From: Squalus acanthias
Lineage: Eukaryota
Length of the DNA stretch: 64,000 nucleotides
Assembly: GCA_030390025.1 (NCBI GenBank)
Contig: CM059439.1
Coordinates: 52,452,001 to 52,516,000, forward strand
Reading direction: 5' to 3'
The position numbers were made by a program, and so were the translations under genes. The notes beneath the pieces were generated by a model. It saw only the letters and a list, made by a program, of their open reading frames with translations. It did not search any database and was not told the origin of the DNA. Position 1 is the stretch's first letter, and the number at the start of each line of letters is the position of its first letter. Shown here piece by piece: positions 51,120 through 64,000 of this stretch.

Positions 51120-51487
51120 TATAGGAAAATAGGAACAGGAATAGGCCATTCAGCCCCTCGAACCGGTTCTGCCATTCAATTAGATCATGATTGATCTGTA
51201 TCTTAACTCCATCTACCCACCTTGGTTCCATAACCCTTAATACCCTTACCTAACAAAAATCTATCAATCTTAGTTTTGAAATTTTCAATTGACCTAGCCT
51301 CAACAGCATTTTGGGGGAGAGAGTTCCAGATTTCCACTACCCTTTGTGTGAAGAAGTGCTTTCTGACATCACCCCTGAATGGCCTAGCTCTAATTTTATG
51401 ATTATGCCTCCTTGATCTGAACTCTTCCACCAGAGGAAATAGTTTCTCTCTATCTGCCCTATCAAATTCTTTAATCTTCTTAAACAA
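51120..51487 (-). mobile_element. CR1 LINE 3' fragment
   Basis: RKHFFTQRVVEIWNSLPQ plus CR1 tail; plus-strand CR1 pieces nearby at about 49975-50400 and 51757-52270. Confidence 0.85.
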
Positions 51488-53578
51488 TTATCTTCTCTCA
51501 TTCCTCATCAGCCTTTTCCTGTTGTAGCCTTTCATGCCTCTTTATTTTATCACTGCTACTAGTGTCATTGTTTCTCTGAACTGTCCTTTCTTGTTCCTCC
51601 TAAGCTCCAAATACTTGCTCTTTTCTTCCCTGCATCCTCAGCGTGTTCAACTCAAAACTGATCTCCTCACACTCTAACTCATTCTTTTCCAAGATCTCAA
51701 AACTGTGGAACTCCTTACGTTGTTAAGTTTACCCATTCTTCTCCAATCTACAGGCGTTGGAAGATCACAATATGAAAGGAATAGACTTAGTCCAAGTGGA
51801 TACGCTATTCGAGCTAGGTAGGTTAGGGAGGGTCAGGGAGCATAGGTATGAGTTACATAAACATAGAACCAAGATGCAAGGATGTACTTCTTTTTGGAGA
51901 GGATCATCGACCTCTGGAATACGTTGCTGGCTTGTGCAGGGAGTGCGGATTTGTTGCAAACATTCAAAAGTGAGCTGGATGAGTTCTTGAGAGTGGTTAA
52001 CATATTTTCATATAGAAGGTAGGTGGGTCATTTGGAGATTGTGTCTCCCAGTCAACATAGTCTCTGGAACTTGTTTGATCTCCTTCAGGAGGTTGGAGAG
52101 GAATTTCCCAGGGTTTTTCTTAAATTAGCCTGCGATATAAAAAAAAAATCTCTCCCAGGAAATTGTTTGGCTGCATTGAGTTTGGCGGGGGGTGTGGGTG
52201 TTCAATACGGGTGATGGTGAAGAAGCACAGTAGTTACCCCATGCCAGTATTATATAGTCTCAATGGACCAGATGTGTACGTTTGTATAAGGGAGCTGGTA
52301 CAACTCATTCTGCTTGCGTTCTTATGGGGGGCCCAGCCCAGGATCCCTAGGTGGACCCCCATTTCCATTACCGAGCCAAGCTGTATATCAGGTTTACCTT
52401 GGCATAAGAAAATTTGGGGCTGAGGAAATCCCCAGTGTGGGAAATCCCTCCCCTTGGCTCCTCTCCCTTTGACATCAGGGACTATGTTATGGGATGGACA
52501 GAAGCTCCACCCACCCGGGCCTCTGTGCAAATTGGGAGGCTATGCAGAGGCCTGTTGTTTCCGGGTCCCGCCAGACTTCCTATTTCCGTTGGGCCTTCCA
52601 CGCCCAACTTGTGCACCAGATAGCCCATTGGGATCGAGGATTTTCAGTCTCACTGTGTTTAAATATTGCTGTAATCTGTGACACAAGTGATTCCAACTTG
52701 AATACCAATCAATGCATTTTCAGTATAGATTTGACCTATTGCCATGTACACTTGGTTTATGCCATGATATACGTTTACTGCCCACACAGAAACATAAGAG
52801 GGCTGAATTATCAGGCCTTCTGCCCGGCAGAAACGGGACAGTAGCACCACGAAAATGGTGGTCAATGACCTACCGTCCCATTGCCTCAATCACTGTGGTC
52901 ATGGCAATACTCCCCCCGGGCCTACAGCTATGCAACCTGAGTCTGGCAGTAGTCCCATTTAAGCTGCTAATCGGCGTCCTATGACATACATTGGAGCAGT
53001 CATCTATTCTCACATCACTATTCAACAACATTCCTCCTGCTAAGTGTTGCCAGCCTTTCCTGTTTTTGTTTCAGATTTCCAGCACCTGCAATATTTTGCT
53101 TTTTAAAAGAATCTGGCCTATTAGCCTGGGTTATATGCTTCTCTTCCGTTTGAAATCCAAACTGCAACAAAAGATTGATTAACGGTACCCTTATAATTAG
53201 TCAAAATTGTCAATCAAAGTAGGGTTCAAAGACATAAAGGTTGCCCGACAGGTTTCGTCATCAATTTTTAATAATTGGTAGAACAAAGCAACAATAGGAG
53301 CGAGTCTGTCTCTGGTGGAATAGCCAAAACAGATACGCTTGTCATCTGTAATACTTGGGAAGCAACCCAGTTGAACAAGAGGTCAGACAAATGACTTTGA
53401 AGTGTTGTCACATACCGCACAGGGGTATAGATTTGATTAATTTCCCCCTCAGATGACCTGACTTTGCATACTGAACGCCCCCAAACTGCAGAAACAATAG
53501 CTTCCCCAAGGGACTCGCTGAGATTCCATTAAAAACAATCCACTGGACTAGTGGTTAACATTTATTTTAAAATGCACA

Positions 53579-53791
53579 GGGGTAGATTTTCATCCTAACC
53601 AGCTGGCGGCGGAGCACAGAACGGAAGATCAGGTGGAGAGGATCACATGATCATAATGGATCATGGTTGATTCCTTCCATTTAAATTAATGGAGGGACGA
53701 TCAGGCAGGCTCTGTTATGGGCGTACAATTCTCTGTGGCCAGTTTTTCTTCCTATGCTTCACCCAGGCCCAGATGGTGCAGAATCTATCCC
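53579..53791. mobile_element. Short TIR element (MITE)
   Basis: GGGGTAGATTTT...AGAATCTATCCC; same TIR type at 58096-58227 (GGGAGTAGATTTTGAATTTG...CAAGTTGAAAATCTACCCC) and a related one at 55335-55440. Confidence 0.65.
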
Positions 53792-53953
53792 ATAATATAG
53801 AGAATCTTTAGATCTGAAAATGAACAGACCTCTGATCTGTCACACGATCACGTGGAATTTATTGCCAGCCCCGCCAAAAAACCCGATTATGACACTGGGA
53901 CAGGTTAGGTGAAGTTTGCTGCTTGTTAAAAAAAAAAATGTGATCCATTTTAC

Positions 53954-54148
53954 CTGTTAATGTTGCTGAACAGTTCTGAGGAGGGAGTTTAATCCAATTT
54001 ATATTCAGATTAACTTTGCCATTTACTTCTGTCCATTCCACTACATATCCTTGGACCAGGTCTGGTTGTTTGACTGGCTCCATCCACTCAATTAAGAAGC
54101 GATTGTTTCCGGCATACATAGCTGAGATGTTTCTTGGTGGAGGAAGAT
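53954..54148 (-). CDS. IL12RB2: IL12RB2 exon, FNIII
   Basis: DLPPPRNISAMYAGNNRFLIEWMEPVKQPDLVQGYVVEWTEVNGKVNLNINWIKLPPQNCSATLT (YVVEW motif); 195 nt, phase 1/1. Confidence 0.93.
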
Positions 54149-56184
54149 CTGTCCATAAAAAAAAGTCAACGGATAAAAAAAAGTGAGTAGAGTGCTTTAG
54201 AGATGTACAAGTACAGGTTCTTCTTACGGCGCAGAGCATTTATTCAGTGAGTAGTTGTATCACACAGATCAAGAAGGTATCAGGTCGAATATCTGGTCTG
54301 TGGCAAGGATCAGGTCACTATAAGTAGCCTCAACACCTCAAGAGTTAGGGAGGGGAAATCAGGCAGGGCTCCTATTGCTATCCAGTGATTCCTGCTTCAA
54401 GTATGCATGAATAGACATAGTATGAGGACAGGTTCAACTATAATGTTCCCATGGTGGAAGATCCTGGCAACACTCATGGTCTAGTCTCAAACATCAAAAA
54501 TAATTACTTGGGTAAGGTACTGGCCCAGCATCCATAGAAACATATCCCAGCAAGGACTCACTGCTTTCAGGAGAGGAGGGAAGAAAAATATCTAAATACA
54601 TCTGGGAACCATTCAAGCAGCAAGTTCTGCTGAGGGAGGTGTAATATAAATAATGCTTTATATAGCTTCCTGGAGTTTTTTTTTGTTCATCTCCTACAGG
54701 CCTCGACTCATTCTGAGGTACAATTCCATGGATGCTGATCACATGTGTGGTTTTCCGCCATATAGGCCAGAAAGGCCTTAGGTTCAAGCCTGGTCTGCAT
54801 TGAATTACCTGATCTCAGTTGTAGTGAAAATAGGGGCACCATAATCAGCATTGGTGAGGAAACTGAACACAATTTACTTACATTAGACTTTGTGGTCTTA
54901 AAGTGATTTAGCGCTACCGTAGCAAAATAAGATAATTGTGCAATACATGATAAAACACTTCTGTCCTTATAAACAGCGTATCATCTGATTTATCATGTGC
55001 AATGCCATGCAAGATGCAGAAATATTTTTAGAAGATTATGGACCAAGCTTTGAACGATAGGTTCCAGTTGACTGTCCTTCATACTGTCTCTTCCTTCTTA
55101 TGAACTCTGGTCTCTATTGTAAATGAATTCAAACCTGTTGTCCCATATTACCCATTTGTATCCTGTATGGCACCTGTCCTTTTTGCAATTTTTAACTCTC
55201 CTTAATCTCACCACACCTGATGTATGTTCTTTGGAATTTCTTATGGGAAAATGAAAATCTCGGAGTACTTTTTGTTGAGAAGTACTCTCCTATATAATGC
55301 TGTCACAGTTTTTGAGGTTTTACGCTAGATGTTAGCCCTGAATTTTCTCGACTTCCTGCCACTGAGATGCTGTAAATTCATTCGAAGTGTGGTGGAAACC
55401 CTGTTTAAACATGGCAGAAAGTCCAAGGAAATTCAAGGCCGTGATCTCTGCTTCAGTGTCACCAATCACTCGTAAGCGGACCTCGCATCCCTGTAGTGCA
55501 TCTTTATTTTGCCAAATATCTAGATAATGATAGCATAGCTCAGGGATTGTCACAGAGAACTCTTATTCTGTACACCAGCTACTGGAATATAACATGCTGC
55601 CACATGAATTCTCCTGTCTTTATGGAAGGTGAACTGAATAGACAGATATGCTGATAGGGTGAGATGAAGTAAGGTGAGAGGAGCATAAATGCCAGCATAG
55701 ACCATTTGGGCCGGATGGCCTGTTTCTGTGCTGTAAAATTCTATATAATTCTAAGATGTAAATTCAGCCAGTGTCCCCACCCCACCCTGATCACTATTTA
55801 GTGCCTTCTGCTGGAAATGTGGATAGTGGATATTCGGTGAGGAAGGAATGAGGCTCAATGTGATGTGCTGCACTGTTAAACATCCAGCCAGTACTTGAAG
55901 CCTAGGCTCACATATGAAGAATGGCCATTTGGGCAAGGTGCCAAGGGAAAGCTGGCATTTGTAGAACCTTCGCCCAGCACAAACCAGGGTCTTCAGGAAA
56001 AGGAGGCGGATAACTAGTTGGGTGGGAAATAGGAGACAATTGAACAAAAAAAACCCGATTTGACTGTTTTTCTCATCTTTTCTCCCCATCCCCCCCCGCC
56101 CCCGCCCCCCCCCCCCTCATCTCCCTCAAAACGGATACACCAGACCTTCTTGCAACACTGTAAACAGAAAAGCCTTTTTTTTAC

Positions 56185-56395
56185 CTGTGAAAGAAACGCG
56201 GAGTTGAGTAGGTGGAGAGTTTCCCTTGGAGTTGTAAGCAGACACAGTGACATTACAGCCTGTCCTGGGGATGCCCACAGTGTGCCAGGTGTTCATAGTC
56301 TGCTCTGCCCAGTTGCTTGTGTTTTCCTTTGTGCTTTTCTGAAGTGTTACAGTGTAACCGAGGATTCTTCCTCTGCTTTCAAGCACCTTGAGGAG
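56185..56395 (-). CDS. IL12RB2: IL12RB2 exon, FNIII
   Basis: LLKVLESRGRILGYTVTLQ...VGIPRTGCNVTVSAYNSKGNSPPTQLRVSFT; resembles human IL12RB2 EARGKILHYQVTLQ...IPRTG...VSAANSKGSS as recalled; 211 nt. Confidence 0.93.
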
Positions 56396-59300
56396 CTATG
56401 ACAGTAACAGTGATTTAGTTCATTTTCTCTTCTTTAGGATTAAAGTTAAAAAAATAAGACACCAACGACATCACTTTCTTTTTTTAAATACTGCTTTCCT
56501 CCCTCCAATTCTCACCAATACTATCCAGTTCAAGGGTATGAAGCTAAGTCATGCTTCCAATTTATTTTTTTTCTCCTTAGAATTGGTGGGTGCATTTTTT
56601 GTTTGTCCGATGAGGAGATGCTGGGGAAAGGAACGCTGTTTCAATTTATGCACCCAGCCCAGAGTCAGCAGCAAGCACTTCCAAATCAGCTATAGTAAAG
56701 GCCCGATCTGGATTAAAGCTCCCAGTATGTCTTAACTTTAGCTCCAGAACAGCATCCCCTTTTAGTCCAGTATGGCATAATTATTTCCCATCCCAACCCT
56801 TTGAGTTAGATTGCCAATATGTAGCAAACTCAAGACAGTTTTGCAGTGTAGCCTTGAACATATTAGGAAGCACAGTGAGAATATCCCAAACTAATTTCAC
56901 AACCAGGAGACAGAGGAGACAGACAGATTTGCTCACTGAAACCAATATTATACACATACAATAGCCAGAACCTTCTGGCTGCTGATTTAGATTGATTTGA
57001 AGTAGCTACAATTAGAATTCTGTCTTGGTGGTGTAATGGCTTGGTTCTTCAGTGGGCTGTGCTATGGAATGAGGGGTGAAGTTTTGCCCTAGTGATTCTC
57101 CATGTGTATAGTCATGATCTTGCTATTATGGGTAAGTACAGAGTGCCAAACTGTTTCTCACAAGGAGGGAGAAGAATCAAAGGGAGAATCAGCTCCATGC
57201 ACCCTGGTCTAGAGCACCCACTGGGAGTAGATCTCTGACCTGCCCACTCATCAGGAGAATGGTATGTGTTTAGTAGGGAATCTAAAGATGGAACAGATTC
57301 TTGTGTGTCTCTTTCTGTTTAATTGATACTACTATGCTCTGTTCTTTTCAAGCTTCTCTCTTATGCTTTATAGATTTTAAATATGTGGACTTACATATGC
57401 TTCCTCCTCCTTCATCATCATTCTGCTGAAATCAGGACTCACCAAACTCTCCTATTAAGCTTCATTTTTCCCAGCTCCTCAAAACTCCTTACCTTTTCTT
57501 TCTCCTCTAACGTACAGACTTTAAAACTCAAACTCGGCATCACCTAATTGTTTACTTCCTGATTTACCTCTTTTCCTACTCTCTTCTTCCTACTCTTTTC
57601 AAATCTGAAGGTGTCTTCAACTTGGCCTTTCACGTGGGATTTTTAAAAATTCACAAATAGGTTGACTGAAGCATTTGGTGGTAAATATCTATACGCTACA
57701 GAATTGTTTTGTTTTCTCCACAATGGGATTTATTTTGTCCTGAAAGAAGAACAATTATTGAAACTTGAATGACAGTCACAGTACAGTTACTTAAAATGAC
57801 AGGAGGTACGGGTAATGTCGATGTAAGCGGGTTATTGAATTTGAGCTGTAAGCATTAGAGGAAATATATGCATTAAAATTGCAAGACTCAAGCAGAAGAC
57901 ACTCTTTCCACAGAATAGTGGATATGAGAAATAGACTTCCAACCAAAGCAGTCAAGAGTGAATCAAATTGGATGAATATCTATTTAAGAACAGGATTAAA
58001 GGTTAAGCATTGTTCTAGATACTCCCAGATTATGGATAAGTCATCTGTGTGATGCAGCTGGTCAGAGTTATAATTATGGGTTTAAGAAAAATTATGGGAG
58101 TAGATTTTGAATTTGGCGCTCGGGCATTAAGCTGTCATTGCAATCATTCGCCTGTTATAGAAACCCCTCAATTTTCATTACCATTGAATTAGTTTTACCC
58201 CCAGGCAGCAAGTTGAAAATCTACCCCAATTAATTATCTTAGGGGGGTGGGGGGCAGGGAGAAATTTTACAAAGAATTATTTTCATGGAGTTTATCTATA
58301 GTTGGCCACCTACGTCATATGACTGAGTGGATCGTGATGAGTGCATGACTGGAAAAATTATACATGATGTGTGAGAAGAACTGACTTGATAAGCTAAATA
58401 GCTTTTTCTCATTTCAATTATTTTTCGGTTCCCAAGCTTGCCACTACTTTATAGATAAAAATGCAATCATTTGCAGTCACCTGTAAAACTGCTTACCCTA
58501 ACTGATGCGATCAAAAGCTGTGCACATTCACAGCTTGGTGTTGGGGAACAGCCATAGATTGAATGACTCTCTGGATAGGATTGATATTGAAAGCTACAGA
58601 ACTCTCGTTGAAATTCAACCCCTGATCTTTAACATGAGCCTTGAGTGTGAATTTAATCGACAGCAACACCTTAATTTCAGATGATAAGAATCGTGCTTTA
58701 TTAACTTATCTGATGTACAGCTCGCAAAAAAAGGGCTCTTTTGCCGAATGAACATTTTTTTTTCATTTTTTTATACCCAGTGTTTATCAGAGGAAAGCTC
58801 TTCGAGTGCACTCAATCCTCTGATCTTATTCATTACCGTTCCCAGTGAGTATGCACAGATATTAATCCTGTGAATGTCAGTTTAAGACATTTTGTTCTTG
58901 TACATAAAAGACATTAAACAATAGCTTTTATCATTCACGATGGTACTCGCACAACCATTGCAACTGACACCTAGCTGGCTTTATCCTGTGTTGAAATCAT
59001 TCATTTATTTATCAAGCTAGTAGCAAATATATAAGGATTTTGTGTGAACTCCTATCTGAGTAGCAGGCTGTCTAATGCAGTGTGTACACAAAATGAACAT
59101 CTGAAGCAAATTTAAATGGTTTGAGCAGCCATTTAACCCGTAACAGTTTCACGTGGGACAGTAGGAAAGGATTTGCAGTGGAAATTCACAAAAGAATGTT
59201 CACACACTACTAGATTTGATGATGCTGCAGGAAGTGAAAATAAAAAGGGCTCTTCATCCTTGACAAAACCCTCCCAGCAACAACCAGTAGAGCAGGTCTG

Positions 59301-60259
59301 GCAGAAGATGGCTGACAGGACAGTGCTGTGTACACCACCCAGAAGAGCTGGATTCAAATACAGAAGGAGATGGCAAGCCTCAAGAAAGCTGCCAAGGTAA
59401 AGAAAGAACTTGCATTTATATAGCACCTTTCACAACCTCAGGACGTCCCAAAGCACTTTATAGCCAATGAAGCACTTTTGAAATGTAGTCAGTGTTGTAA
59501 TGTAGGGTTTATAGAACATCTTTCTATGGCAAGTAGCTGCCCCAAGTAAGCCTTGAACAAAGCATTTCCTGATAACTTGTCACTCTTTTCCTGCTGCCCC
59601 ATACAAAGCATTCATACAAAATTACTGCCTATTGAATTGTTCTGATGCGAATGGCACAATGCACACTAAAACCTAGAACTGAAACTGTTGTTAAAGGGGC
59701 ATCACACAGCAAATCCTTCTAACAGAAACTAGCTGCACAATGCATCATATGGATGTTCATTTACTAATGCTTAGGTTGGTCTGTATGCTGGGCATTTTTA
59801 TCACTGTATGTGCTGCTTAAACTAACAGCTCAGGACTGCTTCTCTAGCATACAATAAAAGGGAACAGAGCTGAACTGGAGAAGGCTCCAGGAATTGGCTC
59901 CTTTTCAGGTGGCATCATTATTGGCTATGAGAGCACCGAGGGAGTAGCAGAATGGTATAAGCTCAAGACTAGAACCATTCGTCCCTTGTAATGCCTTGTC
60001 CTCATGGTCACTCATTGACATGCAGTCAGAGCATTGATCAGTAACCCAGCAGGTACAGTACATGGGACAGCCATTGCTCTCTGGCTGAGATCTGGTTTGG
60101 TAGTCAATGGGCTGAAGTCAGGTTATTCCTGTGAAACTAATTATCATCACCAGAGCTAATCCTTAAATTTACTGTTTACTCATACTTACCTGGTAAGTAA
60201 AACCAGACATTGAATTATTTTATGAATGGCTCATTGATTTAGCAATTGGAATCTCTTAC

Positions 60260-60339
60260 CTTCCATAAGAGAGTGACTCTCGGGTTGTTAGCATCTGACA
60301 GATCCATTGTATACCAGACATCCAGTTGGCCTATGGGAA
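60260..60339 (-). CDS. IL12RB2: IL12RB2 exon, FNIII
   Basis: VPIGQLDVWYTMDLSDANNPRVTLLWK (LDVWY...LxWK); cacAG / GTAAGA; 80 nt. Confidence 0.93.
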
Positions 60340-61694
60340 CTGTGCAAGGACAAAAAAAAGAACCCGCTGAAGTGACATAATAACCTGGAATAAAAGGTTA
60401 ATGCATATTCATTGTAAATGCCCATCATTATGTAGGTTTCACTGAATGAATTCCTCTTCAGCACAGTAATACTTCACCATCAATTTTGATATAACACAGA
60501 TTGTTAATGGAAAAAAGAGTCAGGGATAAAATAGAAAGATCGACCAACATCATGCACGTATGTGTACAATGTTATCAACAGATCCAATATGGAGGCATGA
60601 GCTAGACAGTTCCAAAGTTACCCATTTGCTAGATTCTTAAGTGATGGTGACTTCCCTTCCTCTCAGAATATTGACAAAATACAGTGTAACAAGCAAGGAC
60701 TCTGCTGCATACTTGCTGTGACTGCTCAATCTATGGCCACTTAAAAATTGTTATGCTCTGCACATAACACAGCGTTCATAGGATGCATTCTGACATGTGG
60801 ATGGATTTCAGATTTTAAGCGTCAGCATGAGTGTGTTGCTGTAGTTATTGGATCTACGCCAGAATTGACAGGAATCGTTTTACACCAACTGAACTCCAAC
60901 GTGTCTGCTGCCCACAGTGTAACTGTATTACTGTAGCACAAAGTCAATAGATTTAACAATGAAATAAATATTTTAATGCATTTCACACCTCTGGTCAAAT
61001 CATTCATTAGTGCTTCATAAAGAAAGTAATGAGGTCAACATTCTGCTTTGTGACTGATCAGGAGCTGTCTGAGTCAGGAGACTGGGTGTGAAAAGTACAG
61101 TATGAGTTACCTACAAAGAGGCAACCAGCCAATACTGGTCCCTGCAAACCACCCTCTAGGATTTTAGTTTGTTCACTCATCTAGAAAGCATTATTCTATG
61201 GCTTAGTTCTACAGACACATTCTGGTGCCTCATCCAAGTAGCTTTTCTTTATGCGTGAGCCAGTACAGTGAACGTTGGCAGAATATTTGACTGGGGAGCA
61301 CAATCCTCTCCTCACCTGACTTCCCACACGCAACTTCCAGCAAGAGTCACTGGGTTGTGATTAGGAGCAGGAACTCAGGGGCACTGTGACTATTTTCCAC
61401 GTCCCTACCACTACCTTGGCTGAGATCAGTTAATTCAATACAACCAAGGATCGAAACTGGGGCCTTCCTGCTCTGTATAGTTCATTACCACATCACTTAC
61501 CCGCTGAGACAATGGAAGAGTCTTTCTCCAGTTTTCTTTTGTTCCACATTCTTTCAAATGAGCAACTTGTGAAGTCATAATTAAGAAATAGGCAATGTGG
61601 ATCTCCAGTACCGAGATGGAGTGATGCTCACACAGTAAACGAATCATTCATGGAACTGACACAAAACAAATCCAGCAATGGAGGAGAACTGTAC

Positions 61695-61842
61695 CTGCCT
61701 CTGGTGTCTTGCTTACAAAGGAAGGGCTCCAGTCACTCCATAGTCCTTGGGTGCAATGAAACTTACAACGAACCTGGAACTCATATTCTGCAAAATGCTC
61801 CAAATCAGACACCTTGCAACTTGTCGAATTGACTAAGAATTT
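61695..61842 (-). CDS. IL12RB2: IL12RB2 exon with WSxWS motif
   Basis: KFLVNSTSCKVSDLEHFAEYEFQVRCKFHCTQGLWSDWSPSFVSKTPEA; WSDWS class I cytokine receptor motif; 148 nt, phase 0 to 1. Missed by the ORF track. Confidence 0.93.
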
Positions 61843-62364
61843 CTGAAATCAAACCAGAAGAGAGTATGAGGAACCTGGGTGAAGGGCTAAAGTCACCAAT
61901 AAGTCAGATCTGCTGTGTCTCACTCAGACTTGCTCATTTTGGCTTAAAAGTATGACCTATGTTGATACATTGCACTATTAAAACTAAACACAGCTCTGTG
62001 GCCTAGAAATTCCCTACCTTAGTGCCACCCATTTGCGCCACTATCCTGGCAAAAAATGGCGGACGCCACTCTAAAGCCCTTCTCTGGTGCGGGACTTGAT
62101 GGCCGCCATTTTGGTGAGGGCAACTTCTACCTTAGTGCTGAGTTCAGCGCTGGGTCCTAAGCTCATACTGAAAAGCGAGCGCTCAGCAGATTGACAGAGA
62201 TAATGTCAGCACTTCTTAAAGGGACACACACATCTTTCAGGTATGTTTGCTTTTTATTTTATTGAAGTAGTGATTGGTGCAATACATGTTAAGTTTTTAG
62301 TGTGCAGGCAGTGTAGCTGGATGCTTTCAAGGCCTTGGATGGTAAAGAAAGGCCTCTGAGAAGA

Positions 62365-62480
62365 CAGAAAATACAGGAGATACTCAGCAGGTCAGGCAGC
62401 ATCCGTGGAGAGAGAAACAGAGTTCACATCTGAGTATTTCCAGCATTTTATGCTTTTATTTCAGATTTACAGCATTCCCC
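62365..62480. mobile_element. Collapsed inverted Penelope termini lacking the hammerhead core
   Basis: tactcagcaggtcaggcagcatccgtggagagagaaacagagtt joined directly to ctgagtatttccagcatttt...cagatttacagca. Confidence 0.7.
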
Positions 62481-63344
62481 GCAGAGGGAAGAGGAAGACG
62501 CAGAAGAGGAGGAAGCAGAAGGAAGGATGCAACCCAGACAGCCCCTTTCTGGCTGGGATATCTGAGATGGAATCATCCGCCTGTGGTACCAGTGACCATA
62601 ACCCCAATTCCCCTTTCAACATTTGTCTCACACCTTACCTTCCCTCTGTTACTGACCATCACAGTGTCCTCTTGGCCACAGTGCTGAAATAAAAGTCATC
62701 ACAAAGCAAACTTTCCAATCCAACTTTATACATCTATCCATCCAATATGACATCAAGAAATCAACTAATCACCCTTGTGCATTCCCTTAGTGACTGTCTT
62801 GCATGTGCCTTTGCCTATCCTACTGATGTCATACAGTGACCCAGTGGCTGCAGCATAGCTGATAGAAGGACTTGGAAACCCTATTGAGTCCTGTTTGAAG
62901 GGAGATGGGGAAATGGCAATCCACAGCAAATAGTAGAAAGGCAAATAACAAAAGTAGTTGTCAGGAGCACAAAAAAAATCCCTAATTGTTGGAGAAATAT
63001 GGATTGCAGAAATGCTCAAAATATCTGTGCTTGGCTCTTCAAATTTTCTCCAGTGCCTAACAACCCTGAATGTCCGTTTTATACGGGCATGATTGCCACC
63101 GAAGTGGAGATGATGAAAAGCGGAATGAACAATGTTACCGCCTCATCTGAATGAGCTAGAAAAGGCAACGGAGAATTGGAAGCACGCTAAAATGGCGGAA
63201 TCCTGTGTAGCTGATCTACACCCCACGTCTGCCCAAATACTGCTGGAAAATCAGACAATACTTGGTGAGAAATCCAGGCTTTTGTAAATTATCAAATGGA
63301 AATATTGCAAGTGGAATAAACAGTTTAAAATAAATAAATGCTAC

Positions 63345-63484
63345 CTTTTCCCATCTGCTGTTGGTACTTTGATATCGGATTTCAAACAACTCTGTGTTCT
63401 GTTGGTCTTTCCAATATACTGTACTAATTATGGGTGAACTGCTGCTGAATTCTATCTTGCTGATATTGGGAGGATTGGGTTTCA
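63345..63484 (-). CDS. IL12RB2: IL12RB2 exon, second half of cytokine-binding homology region (first part)
   Basis: (V)KPNPPNISKIEFSSSSPIISTVYWKDQQNTELFEIRYQSTNSRWEK; tttttcAG acceptor, AAG|GTAGCA donor; 140 nt, phase 1 to 0. Confidence 0.9.
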
Positions 63485-64000
63485 CTGAAAAAAATATAGA
63501 TTGCAGTTATAGTTACTGTATTGATATCAATATATTGATTTACAAATAAGACCAAGCACTGATTCAATGTAGAAATAAAAAGTTTGTGCACTGATTCTGA
63601 CTGACAGCATCATATAAAGGCACAGAATGTATGCTGTGGGATGCTGGAATACAAATGCTCAGTGTGTTCATCAGAAATTCTTTTCTGCTATTTTAGCAGT
63701 GGCATTAGCGCATTGATTTTAATTGTGTAATATTGCGAGTGGGTGCAGGGTTCATACCTCACTTCAGACAGTCCTGGCGAGTGGAGACGGGGGTCTGGAA
63801 TTCTGGTTTACCATCCAGTGGGATCCCCACTTCCAGTGGGTGCCCCTCCCCTCACTGTATGGGAGCCCACAAAACCCTCCCGCCATATAGGAGTAACCAC
63901 CCTATCGATTGGTATAAAGATGATTATGGACACAGAAAGAGTGTTCACGTTGTGGCCTATCAGCCTGCATATCCTTCCGCTACTTCACACTATTCTCTAA

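Noticed and set aside
53416-53485. AG/GT-bounded 70-nt segment on the minus strand as an IL12RB2 exon
   Set aside because: Breaks frame and shows no FNIII similarity; the expected exon is found at 50856-50957.
36017-63484. Alternative identities IL23R, IL6ST (gp130), CSF3R, LIFR
   Set aside because: Three membrane-proximal FNIII domains exclude IL23R; GYIPSN, the KLTLD C-terminus and adjacency to SERBP1 favour IL12RB2.

Overview
Vertebrate genomic DNA, almost certainly a cartilaginous fish (shark-type CR1/L2 LINEs, DeuSINE, Penelope-like elements). Two convergent genes, as in human 1p31. SERBP1 (+): the last six coding exons at 10530-22594, plus a long 3'UTR. IL12RB2 (-): eleven exons from 63484 down to 36017, covering the WSDWS domain, three FNIII domains, TM, Box1 IPDPAN and the GYIPSN STAT4-type site. 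All exons were reconstructed by hand, with GT-AG boundaries and consistent phases. Most ORF-track entries are decayed retroelement pieces or noise. Most interesting observations: (1) three frame-preserving microexon candidates plus an RBFOX (TGCATG) cluster in the last SERBP1 intron; (2) two candidate poison exons in the preceding intron; (3) a TSD-flanked, inverted Penelope-like insertion carrying two outward-facing minimal hammerhead ribozyme motifs inside IL12RB2; (4) an IL12RB2 TM exon that begins with a donor-like GTAATC, whose skipping predicts an NMD-escaping soluble receptor. Splicing inferences are untested; family names and orthologue comparisons are from memory, not database searches. 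Repeat boundaries are approximate.
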